From Schmidtea polychroa (lineage: Eukaryota): 64,000 nucleotides of DNA. Location of the stretch: NCBI GenBank assembly GCA_044892525.1, contig CM097885.1, positions 1,986,001 through 2,050,000 of the forward strand, read 5' to 3'. Each line of letters opens with the position of its first letter. Positions within the stretch are counted from its first letter, which is position 1. Below, in pieces: positions 40,744-59,039 of the stretch. The position numbers and the translations under genes are program-made. Under the pieces are notes generated by a model. That model had not been told where the DNA came from and searched no databases. It saw only the letters and a program-made list of their open reading frames with translations.

Positions 40744-43414
40744 CTGAAAAACAAGCAAATTACCCCTAAATCAACGAATTGCATCAAGGTGCTTTGGAAA
40801 CTAGAATTTGTTATGGAAATCTAAAATGGGAGTTCAAGCCAAACTTTCAGAGGTTGCTACGTGTTTGTATCTGTAAATACAACGTATCCTAATTAAATGG
40901 AATACACGAGATAAGTAGTGAGACTCGTATAGAGATAAATAATTGAACGCATGTAGGCTTTATTTCTCAAAATCATCTCCATTAGCATCGACACAGTTTT
41001 TGCAACATGCTAACTTTTTTGGAAACTGATTTAGAAGAAATCCTAAGACTTCGTCCATAAAATACGCCACTGCATATTTCAAATTGCCTTTTGTAGGAAA
41101 TAGCTGGGCTCGCAGGAATTTCATCAGAGGATTAAAGAAATAGAAATCTTATTGAGCCAAATCCGACTGTAGGGAGGATGGAGAAGGACATTAAGTCCAT
41201 GACTCTCAATTGTGCCTATTGAAATTGCATATATAAATAATTCCTTTACCCACATTGGGGCGCATTGTTAGCTCGATTGTTATAATGAATGGACCTGTGA
41301 AATTCTGAATCTTTCTGCTTTTCAAGCAATGTTTTCAATGTTTTTCCTCATGCCTTTTATTGCAACCTGTAATTAACTAAATAATTATTATAAATATAAT
41401 TATAATTATTAAAATTATTCCAAGTTTGACTCTCCTAAAATGTGTGAATTTAAGGATCTACAGGGTATTCATGAAGGGGGAGGGAAAATAACCCTGTAAC
41501 TCAGTCCAGTTACGGATATGGGAGATTAGTTTCCAAATTATTTAAATTTACAAAACTGAAGCTAATTTATTTTATTAAATTATTTCCTGTTTATAAATAT
41601 TTAATTGCGTTTCCATTGATTTGGTGAGTGCAGGCTGTTATGAGCTGTTCACATGGCCAGTTTTATATCGAGTATATCTTACATGGCACTGATAAGAGAC
41701 AAATAAAATCTAACTAATTTGCCATTAGAAATCATATGAAAACTTGAATCATTTAATTATATTAGAAAAATATTTTAAGAGTCCTCTCTTCTCCTTTTCT
41801 TTTGTCTTTTTTTATTTGACTCATTATTCAGGAAGATCCCCCTAAATAAATTGGCTAATTTTAATTTCCTTTGTTAAATTTCCCCCTTCTGTTTTCGAAT
41901 TATTATTAGGCTTTATGGGGAGAATTTATGGAGGAAAGGAATCAGTGACAATATATTTTTGGGAGTCTGGTTTTTATGAAAGGTTTTTTAAAGGTTAATG
42001 AAAGGTTACTTGGGCCTACAATGGTGAGTTCTTCTAACAAACTTTGACAAAAATAGAAATAAAACCTTTCATATCAGGTCACAAAACGACATCATTTATT
42101 GAACTTAAATAAAGTTAAGCATTGATCCCACCTGAAATATTTATGAGATTTTCAAATGAAAAGAGAACATCGAAGAAAAATTATGAAAAAAAGAAGAAAA
42201 ATAACGAAAAATTAAATTGTCAATTTAAAATTTCATTTTAATTTTTTGAAGCCGTCACTAGTTAGAGTAAATAATTAAAGGTATAAAGAAATCATGGATG
42301 CGTGACCATCTTTATAAAGAAACGGAAAGCGATCAGAAGACTCTGTCTGCCTATAAATTTCTTTTTTCCCATTGTAATTCGAGATGAGTTTCTGTTGATA
42401 GAATTAACAAAAAAGTTTTATTAAAAACTGTTTTTTTTGTTTTTTTTTATTTTATAAATGAAATTGATAAATTCTCAGAAACCCTTTTCACGTTTCGATG
42501 GCTTCTCCGTTGCCGTAAAGGTGCTCAGACAAATACATAGACCCACAGACATACAATACACACAGACATACAATACACACAGTCACACTACACACGGGCA
42601 CTCAAACAACACACAAACACACAGACACACACGAAACACACTCACATTTACGCGCAAAAAAATTTGAAAATTGAATGGATTTCAACAAGTCACAATTCCA
42701 TCAATAAATCCGAAAAAAATCGATATGAATTACAGAAGTCATTCCCAATTCAATGAAAATAATTAATTTAATTAATTTCTCAAATAATAAAACTTACTCG
42801 AAGCATTAATTTAATTACGACCAAGCTTGGTTATTAATCATTCAGTTCTAACGCTTCTCGTTCGGATGAGTCTCGGATTCACAGTTGTTGTGAAACGTTT
42901 AAACTCTGGATAATTAATTAATTAATTAATTAATTAAATATAAATAAATTAATTTAATAGATTTTTCATCTAGTCACAGATTTTCAAACGGATAAGGGAA
43001 ATGATAAAGAAATTAATGAAATTGTTTAAATGCATACGAAAGTATTAAAACAAAGTAATCAATATATATATATATATATTGAGACTAGGAGATGGAAAAT
43101 TTATTTTGTTTTAATTGTTAGATTATTAAATTTATTTTTTGTGCAATTTCAAGAATAATTTCAGCTGGAGAATTTAGCTAATTAAAAGTCAACTCGGCTA
43201 TTGTAAAGAGAGTCACAGGTGACCTTTCCAAGGTATTCTCTGTCCACTCCGGGGATTTATACGGCATATTTGTTTGAGACTGTTGATTTTGTTTTAATCG
43301 TGACAGCTAATTAAGGCACTTCAAGGGGTTTGTCAATGCTGATAAATTAGGACACTTTACACGTAAATGTTTATAATAATAATTATTATTTTTCATCTTC
43401 ATCATCATCTTCTT

Positions 43415-43496
<82 letters not shown>

Positions 43497-43966
43497 TCCC
43501 AGCTGCAAGAATAAACTCATAAAACGTTCTCTGTAATTTCAATCACTCGAAAATCTCATTTGCCCGTTGCCTTTGCCCGGCATCAGTTTATCATATTATT
43601 TAAATTCATTTATTTCGTGTCCCTGCCGAGCAATTAAACGCATTTCAAGCCCAGAATAATAGTTAAATGGAGAAAAACAACATTTGATAAATATATATGA
43701 AAATATTTCTATTTTTTGTAAAAATAATTTTGGCCGTGTTTCATTCGTTGGGAAATATTCCCGCCACTCGGGCGTACTTAATTGGCATGCCTCACTGATT
43801 CTACTTGGCTTTGGGCGATCTTGGAAGTTTAAAAATGAATCATTAATTATGCAAATTTTCTAACCAACTTAAATGAAGTCTTTTTCGGAATGTGGGGAAA
43901 GATAAAACGACGTCGTCATATTCCTCGTCTTCATCATCAATTGAGTTGGTATCTCAAACCGTTGTG

Positions 43967-44227
<261 letters not shown>

Positions 44228-45599
44228 CTGAAAATTTCTCGCTGTCTATTAATATTTGCGGCTTGATCTGAGAGATTCGTCAAGTGAAATATTGGGGGAA
44301 TTATTTCTCCCTTCAATGGAAATTGCATTTGTGAAGGAAATCCGTTGAACATTAATAAAAAAATGATTTTAACAAATCCAAAATTAAATTTTATAGTTTT
44401 ATCAATGCAATAATTCCGAAATGCGAATTTAATCCAAAAAGGCGATTTGTTCGCCCATTTTTTCGGTAATACAATTTTGAAATATTTTGTATAAAACTTG
44501 AACGGATCAAAATTTGTAAACATTTCTATGAAGCAAGCGAAAGAATTCACAAAAATAATGTAAAGAAAACATAAATTGCAATGGTCAAAATTCAACCTCA
44601 TAGCTGGAGCCATTTAGAAGAGCAACAAAGATATGATGAACAAGTCCAAGGGTCACTCAATGAAGTCTTGCATCAGTACTTCTGCAAAAAGTGTAAATTG
44701 TTTGGACAGATTTCGTAGAGAACGAAATAATGAAACGGCATAACAGTAAGATAAATGAAAGTTTAAAAGTAACAAGTAAAATATTTAACTAAATAAATTA
44801 ATAAACCAATTAAAATGAATATATGTTCAATGCATTTTCTATGCCTGTCCTATGCATGTTAAATGCATGTTCAATGCATACAAACCCTATAAGCCATAAA
44901 TGAAGAATTCATTACAGCGATAATTATATAATTGTTTCCTTTTTAAAAATATTTCCTACCCCCCCCCCTAAAAGTTGAATGAGTTATTGAGGAAAATCAC
45001 CTAATTTCAATGAAGTAGCTGATGGGTAACATAAATAGTGATGTGAAAAAGCAGCACTGTAGGCGTGAAAAATCACCAATAAATTTGGATATTTTAATAG
45101 GGCTTTCGTCGAAATTGTAATTGCGAGATTTTGCGATTCGAACTCGCTTAAAGACAGATTAAAATCTGAATTTTTTTAATTATCGCATTAGATGGGAAAA
45201 ACACGAAGTGAAACATTTTGAATTTTATTTTGCGGGTAAAAAACTATTGTCGGATGTAACGAATGAAGACCACTAGATTCTAACTTGGTTTTCGATAATA
45301 ATTTCCTTTCGTGCTTTCTTCCTGGACGGTTTGTTTGGCCGGCAGATTTGCAAAAAGATAAAACACCAGTGCGGGAAATTCCTTAGTCAGTCATTTTCAT
45401 GTGGAGATTCTCTTCATTGAATTCTCCAACAATGCATCAAATTATTTCCCATAAATTCTAGCCTGACTGGCCTAAATAGAATTTTCCCTATTTTTCATTG
45501 ACTATTAGAACAAATAAAATCCGATTAACAATTTTTTGGATAAGTTTTTTTTTCATATTATCAAAATCAGTAAAATATCCTTTTATAAAAAATGACAGC

Positions 45600-45685
<86 letters not shown>

Positions 45686-45775
45686 TAGTTAAACATACAT
45701 GGCAATGATTTAATTATATGATAACGCCAATCAAACATTTTTTTCACGATTAATTTAATAATTAATTAATATTTC

Positions 45776-47731
<1,956 letters not shown>

Positions 47732-47732
<1 letters not shown>

Positions 47733-49960
47733 AGATAACGCCAATCAAACATTTTTTTCACGATTAATTTCGACAGTTTTCCTGTCATCATCAGGTGGGA
47801 TATAATACTAATAAAATAAAGGATTTTAAACAAATTTAATTATATATAAACAAATTTTTTATTTTATAAAAAATATTATTTTTTAAAACTTTAACATTTA
47901 AAATTTATTTTAATAATTTAAAAATTTAAAAAATTTTTTATTAATTATTTAATTTAACACAACAATCAATACATACAATACACAAAAGCTTATTTAAAAA
48001 CACTCAACACACAAGTATTTACAGCATTCTGCACATTAATTTTCCGATTCAATGATTTTATCAACAACGCCTCACAAATCACACGTTCCCAATAATTATC
48101 GAAGTTTTTTAATAAAATTTTAAAATCAGACATACCTATTTTAATCTTACAGCCCTTATTGTGCTCACCAATATGGGTCAAAGCCTTCGGTCTACAATGT
48201 TCTCGAGCTCGAATACAGAGATGACGGGAAGTCTCTCCAATGTATGTGGCATTACACCCATTACATGTAAACTGATAAACGAGATCGGAACACAATTCAA
48301 CCGGATTCTTTGACTTATTAATAAACATATTGCGTACTTTCCATGAAGTTGACACTATCCTATAGTTTAAATTCCCTAACTGCTTTCTTATCTTCACTTT
48401 ATAATCCTTAAAACCTTCTGAGTACGGCAATACTAACACAAATTTAGGCTCATCATCCTTGCTCACACTATTTAATTTATTTAACTCATCAGACTCACAC
48501 ATCTCAACAAGATCACATCCAAATTTTCTCAAACATGGATCCTTAGGATTTTTAATAAATTTGTCAACAGTCTCTTTCACCATAATTACTAAAAAGGATT
48601 TTGAATAACCATTCTTCATCAACAGTTCAACCAGCACGTCAACACTCTTTACCGAATTTTTAAAAGTAGAAGACAAAGACCATGCACGATAAAGCAACCC
48701 CTTCACCATATTTCTTTTATACTTGAATTCACAAAAACTTTCGGAAGAAGTATAGAGACCAGTATCAGTTGGTTTTCTATAAATCTCTGTCTCATAGTGT
48801 TTCTCTTTGCGTTGAATTAACAAATCCAAGAAAGCAAGCGATGATTTTTTCTCCGTTTCACATGTGAATACAATGTTTTTATGTAGACTATTCATATAAT
48901 GCAAAAACGGGTCAACATGCCTCTGATTTTCAAATATAAGAAATATAGCATCCACATACTGTTTATAAACAGTGGGTTTCATACCTTGGAAGGATGCAAT
49001 TTTCTTTTCTAAGCTTGTTAAAAAAATTGAAGCCATCGTTGGTGCAAAAGGAGAACCCATAGCAACCCCATCTATTTGTTGATACCATTCATTATTGAAA
49101 AGAAAATTGATTTTTGAAGTTGCAAATACAAGAAGTTCACGAAATGCTGTTCTATCCAAAATGTTATGTTCAGAAATATTTTCATTCCGCAACAAGCAAC
49201 ATAATTAAATTGTTTCAACCAATGGTACATTAGTAAACAGACTACAAACATCAAACGAAACCATAATTTCATCCATACTTTGTCTATCATATTGTGCAAT
49301 GCAGGAAACAAATTCAAAACTATCTTTACATTCAAATTCTGATCGTATCAATGGTTTCAATAATCCATCCAAAAATTTGGCTATTTTATTAAGAAAATTG
49401 CATCTTTCCAAGGTATGAAACCCACTGTTTATAAACGGTATGTGGATGATATATTTCTTATATTTGAAAATCAGAGGCATGTTGACCCGTTTTTGCATTA
49501 TATGAATAGTCTACATAAAAACATTGTATTCACATGTGAAACGGAGAAAAAATCATCGCTTGCTTTCTTGGATTTGTTAATACAACGCAAAGAGAAACAC
49601 TATGAGACAGAGATTTATAGAAAACCAACTGATACTGGTCTCTATACTTCTTCCGAAAGTTTTTGTGAATTCAAGTATAAAAGAAATATGGTGAAGGGGT
49701 TGCTTTATCGTGCATGGTCTTTGTCTTCTACTTTTAAAAATTCGGTAAAGAGTGTTGACGTGCTGGTTGAACTGTTGATGAAGAATGGTTATTCAAAATC
49801 CTTTTTAGTAATTATGGTGAAAGAGACTGTTGACAAATTTATTAAAAATCCTAAGGATCCATGTTTGAGAAAATTTGGGTGTGATCTTGTTGAGATGTGT
49901 GAGTCTGATGAGTTAAAATCTGTGTGTGATTTTGAAAAAAATGTTTTATTGGCGTTATCT

Positions 49961-49962
<2 letters not shown>
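47732..49962 (-). mobile_element. Penelope-like element family B: RT + GIY-YIG (minus, 47990-49390) with an inverted duplicate (plus, 49391-49917) and a second tail
   Basis: MVSFDVCSLFTNVP, QIDGVAMGSP, YVD(A/D), FLDLLI, IYRKPTDTG, LVLPY, LVYQFTC.GC.ATYIGETSRHL..RAREH, ICEALLIK...IN. 49391-49917 is the reverse complement of 48481-49007. Confidence 0.95.
47759..47797 (-). ncRNA. Minimal type I hammerhead ribozyme, canonical core (family B pLTR)
   Basis: Minus strand: CAC CTGATGA T GACAG-GAAAA-CTGTC GAAA TTAA TC GTG. Palindromic stem III ATTAAT and AUC triplet, ~190 bp downstream of the PLE stop codon. Confidence 0.88.
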
Positions 49963-49964
<2 letters not shown>

Positions 49965-50006
<42 letters not shown>

Positions 50007-50873
50007 GCAATAATAATATTAATAATAATAATAGAAAATCACCAACTAAGTATATTAAAAAATAACATTGCTATATATTGCGACTGCTTAACAGCCTTCT
50101 TCAGGCTAGTAATCGATTAATCACACCTCAATGAAAATAATAATATTGAAACGAATTAACAAATAATAGTCGTAATCAAATTGTATCAAATTAAAAATAT
50201 TTTAATAACATTTTTCATCTTTTAGAAAATAAAAGACATATTTTTAATCATATAAAATTTATTTTGATTTTAAAAAAACGCACAAAATTGTTAACATTCT
50301 AATATAAAAAATATTTTTAAAATTAATATAAAACAAAAAATAAATTCAATTTAAATTTAAAAATTAAAAACATTTTTCATACAAAAAATTTTACAAAAAA
50401 CAATATCATCCCAAATATTAAATATACAAGTTAAATTATTTAAAAAAATTCAAAATCCCTGTAGACTGGGCACTTTGAATATTGATTATAGGTTTTTAAG
50501 ATCTAATTAACAACGCCTCACACGTTACACGTTACCAGTAATTACTCAAACTCTTCGACAAGATCTTAAAATCAGCAATACTTATTTTGTTACTGGTACA
50601 CTTCCTACAATGATCACTAATGTAGGTCAAGCCATTCCGATGGCAATGCTCAAGAACTCGAATGTAAATATGATGTTTCAGAAAGATGAACAATTTTATT
50701 AAAATATTTTTTAGTTTGATTAAGATTATTATTTATTAATTAGTTTGAATATTCTTATTTTAATTTGTTATTAATACAATTCGTAGCCTGAAGAGGACTG
50801 TTTAACGGTGGAAATATATACGAATGTTATATTTTAATATACTTAGTTGGCGATTTTCTATTATTATTATTAA

Positions 50874-50880
<7 letters not shown>
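49965..50880 (-). mobile_element. PLE family C 3' end (GIY-YIG C-terminus 50460-50675, UTR, HHR-like 50068-50110) plus an inverted pLTR with HHR-like motif at 50782-50823
   Basis: Minus strand HIYIRVLEHC...ISDHC..C....SIADFKIL.....YW*RVTCEALLIR. Plus strand CTGAAGA G GACTG-TTTAA-CGGTG GAAA TATA TA. Confidence 0.8.
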
Positions 50881-50931
<51 letters not shown>

Positions 50932-51071
50932 AGCTATAGCATATAACTATTCATTCATAATTCCAAACTCTATTTCAATATAAGTTGTAAATAAAATTAA
51001 AACAATAATTTCTTTATGATACAAATATTAATAATTTCAAATCAAGAATAAAAAGTCAATAATATAATAAC

Positions 51072-51543
<472 letters not shown>

Positions 51544-51945
51544 GGGATCTGGAACATATATAAGATTTGCCTGATTTCCGTAAATTGCTGACCCTACAAA
51601 ATTTAATTATAATTAATTATTAATTAATATAGAAATAATAAATTTATCTTCCCTAAAATTGACAATGAGTTGCAATTGGAAAATAAATTGAAGATTTTGA
51701 TTTCCTTTCATCCTTGATTAGGAATAATCCTCTTTTCTAAAAAATCTGTTTCATAATTGACTTAAAAGCTCTGCTGAATTTTGATAATTGTTTTCCCCCT
51801 AAATTTCATGGCCAGTGAGCACTGGAGAATTGACAAAGGGAGACCTGATTAGGAAATCCATCTTGTGATGTTTGTTGTTTTATAATTGCAAAATTTTATT
51901 TCAACATTCCTTGTAATTAATTGCAATTTCTATTTCCCAATTCAG

Positions 51946-54045
51946 ATGAATTTCAGTGTTCGAACAAAACTCCTCTTCATCCTTCTCTCTTTCCAGATCC
52001 TTTTCAAGCCCACTTTGCAGCTGAAACTGCTATTTAGACAAACGATCAAAGAGGAATTGCCTCCTGGAACTGCCGTCCTTCAAATCGCTTCTCCAGTAGA
52101 AATCTCCAACTTCATGAAAACTCACAAATCAAAGCTCGTAGAGTTTTCCCTCCTCGAATCGATGGATAGCAAGTATTTCTTCTGCAACAAACAGAGCTCA
52201 GAAATCAAAACCCTTGTAAAACTTGACCGAGAATCCCTGTGTATTGACTCAGAGGTGAAAAACTGCTGCGACCCAAAATCTCCGACCCCAGATTTATGCA
52301 TTTTACAATTCCAAATGACTGCCAAAGCTGACAACAATAACGTGGAAATCATTCAGGTGCTCATAGAACTCGAAGATGTCAATGATAATTCACCTTCGTT
52401 CCTGAACTCCCAAGATACGATCTATGTCAAAGAGAATGTCAAATTGGGTGAGATTCAAAGATTTCAAGTTTCCGATGCGGATTCGAAATTGTTTTCCACG
52501 AAATCCATTGAAGTAGAAGGAAGCCACGTGGTTAAGGAATATTTCAACGCCCGGCTATATCAAGATCAAGTGAAGCTTTACTTAATAAAGCATTTAGACC
52601 GAGAACTTGTCGACAGTTTTAAGCTTGTTATAACCGCCATTGACGGAGGGAGCAACCCGAATACTGGAACGCTTATTGTCAACATAAATATTACCGATAT
52701 CAATGATAACCAGCCCAAATGGATAACCGAGAACTTCTCAGTATCCATTAAGGAAGACGTCCCCATAAACTACTTGATTATCAAGCTACTGGCCGAAGAC
52801 AAAGACGTGGGAAACAACGGAAAGGTTTATTATGAATTTGAAAACATTCGAAATGAAGAAGAATCAAGGCTCAGGAATTTCTTTTTGCTTAATACTTTGA
52901 GCGGGGAGATCCGTGTTCAACAGAAATTGGATTATGAATATTTACAGTCGGCAGAAATACGACTGCATGTCATTGCAAAGGATAACGGAGAGGAGATCGT
53001 ACATTCCATCAGTACAGTTGTCTTTATCACTGTCATTGACATCAATGACAACCCGCCAAATATCCAAGCGATCTCTTTAAGTAAGGACAAACTTTTTAAA
53101 ATCAAAGAAAACGTTCAAAACGTCCAACAAGTCGCAAGCATTTCTGTCAATGATCCCGATACCGGAAAGGGGGGTGAGGTGAATTGTGAAATTGACAATA
53201 AAAACTTTCAGCTTCTCTCATTGGATAACCCTTTAACGAAAGGTTACTCATTGACAACCCATAATTCCATTGACAGAGAGACAATTGGCTCATATATTAT
53301 TATTATCAAATGCAGCGATTTTGGGTTCCCTTCTTTGACTTCGACCAGAGTTCTAAATATTATCGTAGAGGACGAAAATGACAACTATCCGATCTTTCAT
53401 TCGACCTTGTATCAATTTCGTATTCCAGAAAATAATGTTTTGGGTCAGTATATCGGACATGTGAATGCAACCGATAAAGATATAGAGGAAAACGGCCATG
53501 TAATATACTCTCTCAGCAACAATGGTGAAGCGATCGTTTCAATTGACTCTAACACAGGCTCCTTAACAGCAAGCAAAGAGTTCGACCGAGAGACCGCTGA
53601 AAAATATTCCTTCACCGTCATTGCTAGAGATAACGGGCCTTTGCATCTCAGCTCATCGGCTTTAGTCCATTTGACAATTCTTGATGTCAATGACCATACT
53701 CCTAAGTTTGAATTGCAATACTTTTTCAGCATTCCCGAAGACTCCAATCCTGGAAAAACCGTCGGCCAAGTGGAGGCAATAGATCTTGATATAGGAGACA
53801 ATGCCAAAATCACATATCATTTGCAGGCGAGATTTTCCCAATTTGGAATAGATCCATTATCGGGGAAAATAATTCTACGGTCTGCAAATATTGATAGAGA
53901 AAAAATATCCCGTTATGAATTAAAAGTTATTGCTAGTGATGGAGGTCATCCAAGCTTTCAAGGTGAAACTTTAGTGAATATAAACATTGAAGATGTCAAT
54001 GATAATCCGCCAGTGTTTCAATTCCCATCAAACAAAAACAATGAG
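51946..54045 (+). CDS. Protocadherin (delta-1/PCDH9-11-like), coding exon with signal peptide and EC1-EC6
   Basis: Signal peptide MNFSVRTKLLFILLSFQILF. Six cadherin repeats with E, DRE/DYE, AxDxG and DxNDNxP motifs, and a Cys cluster in EC1 (DRESLC). Acceptor TTCAG before the ATG; donor GAG/GTAATA at 54046. Confidence 0.93.
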
Positions 54046-54078
54046 GTAATAATAATAATTAATAATTAAAAATAATTA

Positions 54079-54163
<85 letters not shown>

Positions 54164-54372
54164 TATAATTATAATAATTATAATTATAATAATTATAATA
54201 ATTATAATAATAATATTTATTAACAAAGTTGATTATGAACCAGTACAGATATAAAAAAGCATCGATATCATTACTGATTCATAGCTAACTTTTTTAATAA
54301 ATAATGTCAATTGAAAAGAAATCACTGGTGAAAATTAAAAAAAGTTTTTATAATCATAATAATCATAATAAC

Positions 54373-54643
<271 letters not shown>

Positions 54644-54668
54644 TAATAATAATAATAATAATAATAAC

Positions 54669-54756
<88 letters not shown>

Positions 54757-54757
54757 T

Positions 54758-54861
<104 letters not shown>

Positions 54862-56065
54862 GATAAAGAAGAAGAAGAAGAAGAAAAAGAAGAAGAAGAA
54901 TTATCAAAATATTAATAATTAAACTATGAATTATAATTAAATTGAAAAATTACAAAAATATAATTTGTTGCCTTAGAGATTCTTCTAAGAATTTTAGAAT
55001 ATTTTGAGATTTCATTTTCTTTTGTCCTTCTGCCTTTCACTGTGATCCAGAATTCATCGAGATTCGAGGGAAATTTAGAAACGAAAAACAAGCCACATTA
55101 AACGAAATCTTTGTCAATTCTTTTCAGTTCAATGAAAATCAGTTCTACGTGGAAAGCCTTTTTGAATTCCTCTTCAAACGGAATCCCATCAAAGGAGAAA
55201 TAATCAGGAAACGATTGCATAAACGATTCACGATCCGTTTGAAAGTGGACTGATATCAAATATTTCCCTCTTTAAATTGGCTTTATTATAAATTAAAAAA
55301 TACGCAAAGACAAATTTGGTTTTGTTATTTACAATTTCTCATTGTGGATAATTAGAAGAGATTTGCTGGGACGCCGAGAGGGTTTTTGGGTGACCCAATA
55401 GAGACCGCTTGACTTTGCAAGATTAATGATTTTAAGCACGCTTGAAAAGGTTCGGATGGTATCAATTTTGACTATTATATCTGGGGAATGATTGACCATC
55501 AACACAGTTGGTTCTCTATCAACTGAAAGGTCTTTGAATGAAGGGAGGTATATGAACCCCCACTTCCCTAAATTGGGCATGAAAGGTTGATATTAATTTC
55601 TTTTTCTATAATAAGTGCATTACTTCCTCTCTAAATAATTGTCCTAAACTATTATAACCATGAATAAGACCTTCTAAAGTTGCAGTTCCTAAGATAATTT
55701 TGTCCACAGAGGACTTTGCTTGACCTTATTTTAATATCTATTTTCGGATTCATATTTAATCTATTTTCATTTACAATTTCATTTTTCTTCATTTCATTGA
55801 TCGAACTTATCTGTGTATCAAATATGAAACAACATATTGATCAATAGTCTGAAAGAATTTTGATTGGAAGGAAAAGATTTGATAAAACTGGCGTAATTTT
55901 GAATATTCACTTTAGATCCTTTTTGGATATTTATTTCCTTGGTTCTAAACAAGATTGATAATCCATTAATAATAAAATTTTAATAAACGAGTAGACAACA
56001 TGAGGGCGGAATATTTGGGATTTGAGAGAAAGAACTGTATAGCTGATGAAACTAGAGAAATGAAA

Positions 56066-57083
56066 GGTTCTAGGACAAAATGGTATGGACAAAATGGTAT
56101 GAGGACAAAATGGTACTAGGATTAAATTATATAGATTTAACTTTGTTTAAATAGAATAATAAGTTTATTTTTTTTTCAAATGCATTTAATTAATTATTGC
56201 CCTAACACATAAGTAAGTTGTTTTTATTTAGCATAAATGTCTGGCTCTTTCCGTCTTTTGATAATATTAAAAACAATCCAAAAATCTAGACAATATATAA
56301 ATTATAATGAATAAATAAATTTAAAAAAAACTAGTGTCAAACATCTAAGACTATAGGCCTACTCAGATACAATGTTTCTCTCAGACAACATTTATATTGA
56401 GCACGCGCGCGATATCTCCCAAATATGTAACCGGATCTCAGTTGTTATAATCGACTTCCATGGTTTGAAGTGCTTCATTAATGCGAACGTATTCTTTCTT
56501 CTTCTTTCCGGTTGTTGCACCTAGCTCAAGTTGACGACGATGAAGTTGAGTGCTATGTTGCTCCTGTTGTAGTTTTCGAGGTAATTTTGTTACGGACGGA
56601 TGAGCAAAACCAACGACGTTATTGAAAGCACTGTGCCAACCCTCCATTGCATTGTTGCTGCGGGGCAGATTATCGATTACTCTCGAATATTGATTCCACA
56701 GCTCAATTGCGAATCTTGGAGGACCTCTTCTTCCTCTTCTTTGCCTGCCAATGAAGTTGTCCTCCATGTAATCACAGATTACTTCAATGTCTTGGTACAC
56801 TGGATCCGCAGTCAGATTTTCGAAAACTTCTATGACGTTATCTGCTGGAATAAATGCTAGAGCAAGAAAACGCTTGACAATAAGCGCGAAATCCAGTTCA
56901 TCTTTGTAACGTTCTGAAAAACCTTCTGATTGTAGTTTCCTCCAGACGCACTGACCAAAGTGAAACATGCATCCAGTTATTGTTGGCGTAGGAATTCAAT
57001 TGGTTATTCTATCAGTTTAGTTCGTTATTTTTTTAATTCATTTTGTCCATACCATTTTGTCCGTACCATTTTGTCCCGCCACC
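56066..57083 (-). mobile_element. Mutator-like (MULE) element, internally deleted
   Basis: TIRs GG.....GGACAAAATGGTA with tandem GGACAAAATGGTA subrepeats. TSD-like AAATGAAA / AAAGGAAA. ORF 56438-56968 has GCMFHFGQCVWRK, ALAFIP, PRSNNAMEGWH (MULE transposase C-terminal half). Confidence 0.9.
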
Positions 57084-59039
57084 AAAGGAAATACCAAAAA
57101 AATGAAATCTTGTGATTCTTTTTATCTTTACAAACCTTTCCAATCTTTCTTTTGTTTATCTATTTGGGTATTGGTTAGTATCAAATTCTTTTATCAAATT
57201 TTTGATTCATTTTCACATATTTCATTGACTTGAAACTTTGCATACAAACGAGGTTCCGATGAGAAAAAAATAAGTTTATAATTTGATAAAACCACCGAAA
57301 ATGGTTTGATTTGTGAATATTTTATGGGTATTTGTATTTTGTTTAACTATTTGAGAGTTTTTCAACAAATTTTTGCATTTATAAAAATATCAAATTTCCC
57401 GAAAAATTATGTGTAAACTTTTTGTTATTTTCCAGTCATCTACTCAATTGTTTTACCAATACTTTTGGTTGTTTGAGACAGAATTAAATTCTCCACAAGA
57501 TCATATATAAATTTCCTAGAAGTTAATGATTTTTAATATTTTCCAAAAATAATCGTAGCTTATTGGACTCAGCATAAAAGTATAAACAAAATATTGTAAA
57601 ATATGCATGCGTATTGCATCTGAATTGCATATTTATGGTATGTTACTATTAATAGAATGTACAATGTACATGGATGTAAATGGTGCATGTGAATTGTATC
57701 TGTTTATTGGAATTCAATAAAGGTTGCAATCCGAATTGAATGTTACTATTTATAGAAATAATATGTAATGTATTACAATCACAACTCAATGAACCCAGTT
57801 TAACATATAAACAGTCACAAGAGGGTTTGAATTGTATTTAACAGTATTAAGATTTATGTTATTCGGTTAAGAAATTTAGGAATCATGTAAAACATTACCA
57901 CAAACCAGAGTCAGTTAATATGATTTATTAATGGCAAAATTTGTTTAAACAGATTGTCATTACAGAGAATGAGAATAAACAAAATTGAACAAATTTTCAT
58001 GGTCTTCCTTGTAGAGTCGCGCTTTTTGTTCGACAATTTTAATTTTAGAGGGGAAAATTTGAAATGCTAAATATTTGTCCCTCTGCCCATTAGATTGAAA
58101 TAGATCGGGAAGATTAAAATGCCAATTTAGTTTCATGCCGAAATTAATCCCAGGATATTAACTACTGAAATTCATGACTCAAATTGAGTCTTTATCGCCG
58201 TTTCACAGACATCTTCGTCGATATTCTTATATCTCACTGAATGCATTTGCCCATTCCAACGCCAAATCAGTGTCAAATGAAACGATACGCGCGCGCATTT
58301 GATTAAACTTTTACTGTGAATCCTTCTCGGATTTCTAAGCTAGATAAACTACTGGAGAAAGGGAAAACAAAAAGTGTCCATTTATCCCCGGTATTTGGAA
58401 TGACTAGGGGAACTACAAATGGGGTATATACAAATGAGTTATGACTTTTATACTTCGAAACATTCATTATTGCCGGAACTCTTATTGTAATTTGAATTGC
58501 TTTGTAACAGCCTACGACGCCCCATCAATTGTTAAGATGTATTTAAATGATAAATCATTTATTATAACTGATAAGTTCATTAGAGGGTTTAGCGTCTAAC
58601 GCAGTTTACATTATCTGACTCCGAAAGATTCTACGCGTTTAAATAACTAAAAAATGACAATTTTGTTAAAACGTTTATTAAATATAAATATAAATAACAA
58701 ATATGGTTTGATTACAGTTGAAATTACAATGTTTACAATCAAGAATGATAAGCCCAAAATTGCCGTTAAAATATTCTAAAGGAAAGATATCCGTTTTAGT
58801 CAACCGTCCTTATGTATTTCTAAGATAGTGAAAGCCGGATTCTAATTTATCTATAGCTTTGCTTTAAAGTGAAATGCTGAAGAGGATGGGTACCTTATCG
58901 AGTGAAAAGTATCGAGAGAGAAAGGTGCCAAATTTTAATTGTGATAAAGATTTAATAAAAAGAATTTTATGTTTGGTTTGAGTTATTTAGCTGAATAAGA
59001 ACACGAGGAGTCAGAGAGAGAACTGACTTAATTATATAA

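Noticed and set aside
51886..51945. ORF-track N-terminal extension of the protocadherin
   Set aside because: It starts at TTG within an intron-like pyrimidine tract. The ATG at 51946 gives a proper signal peptide.
58870..58915. CTGAAGA-G-GATGGG-TAC-CTTATC hammerhead-like start
   Set aside because: GAAA does not follow stem II directly and there is no convincing stem I.
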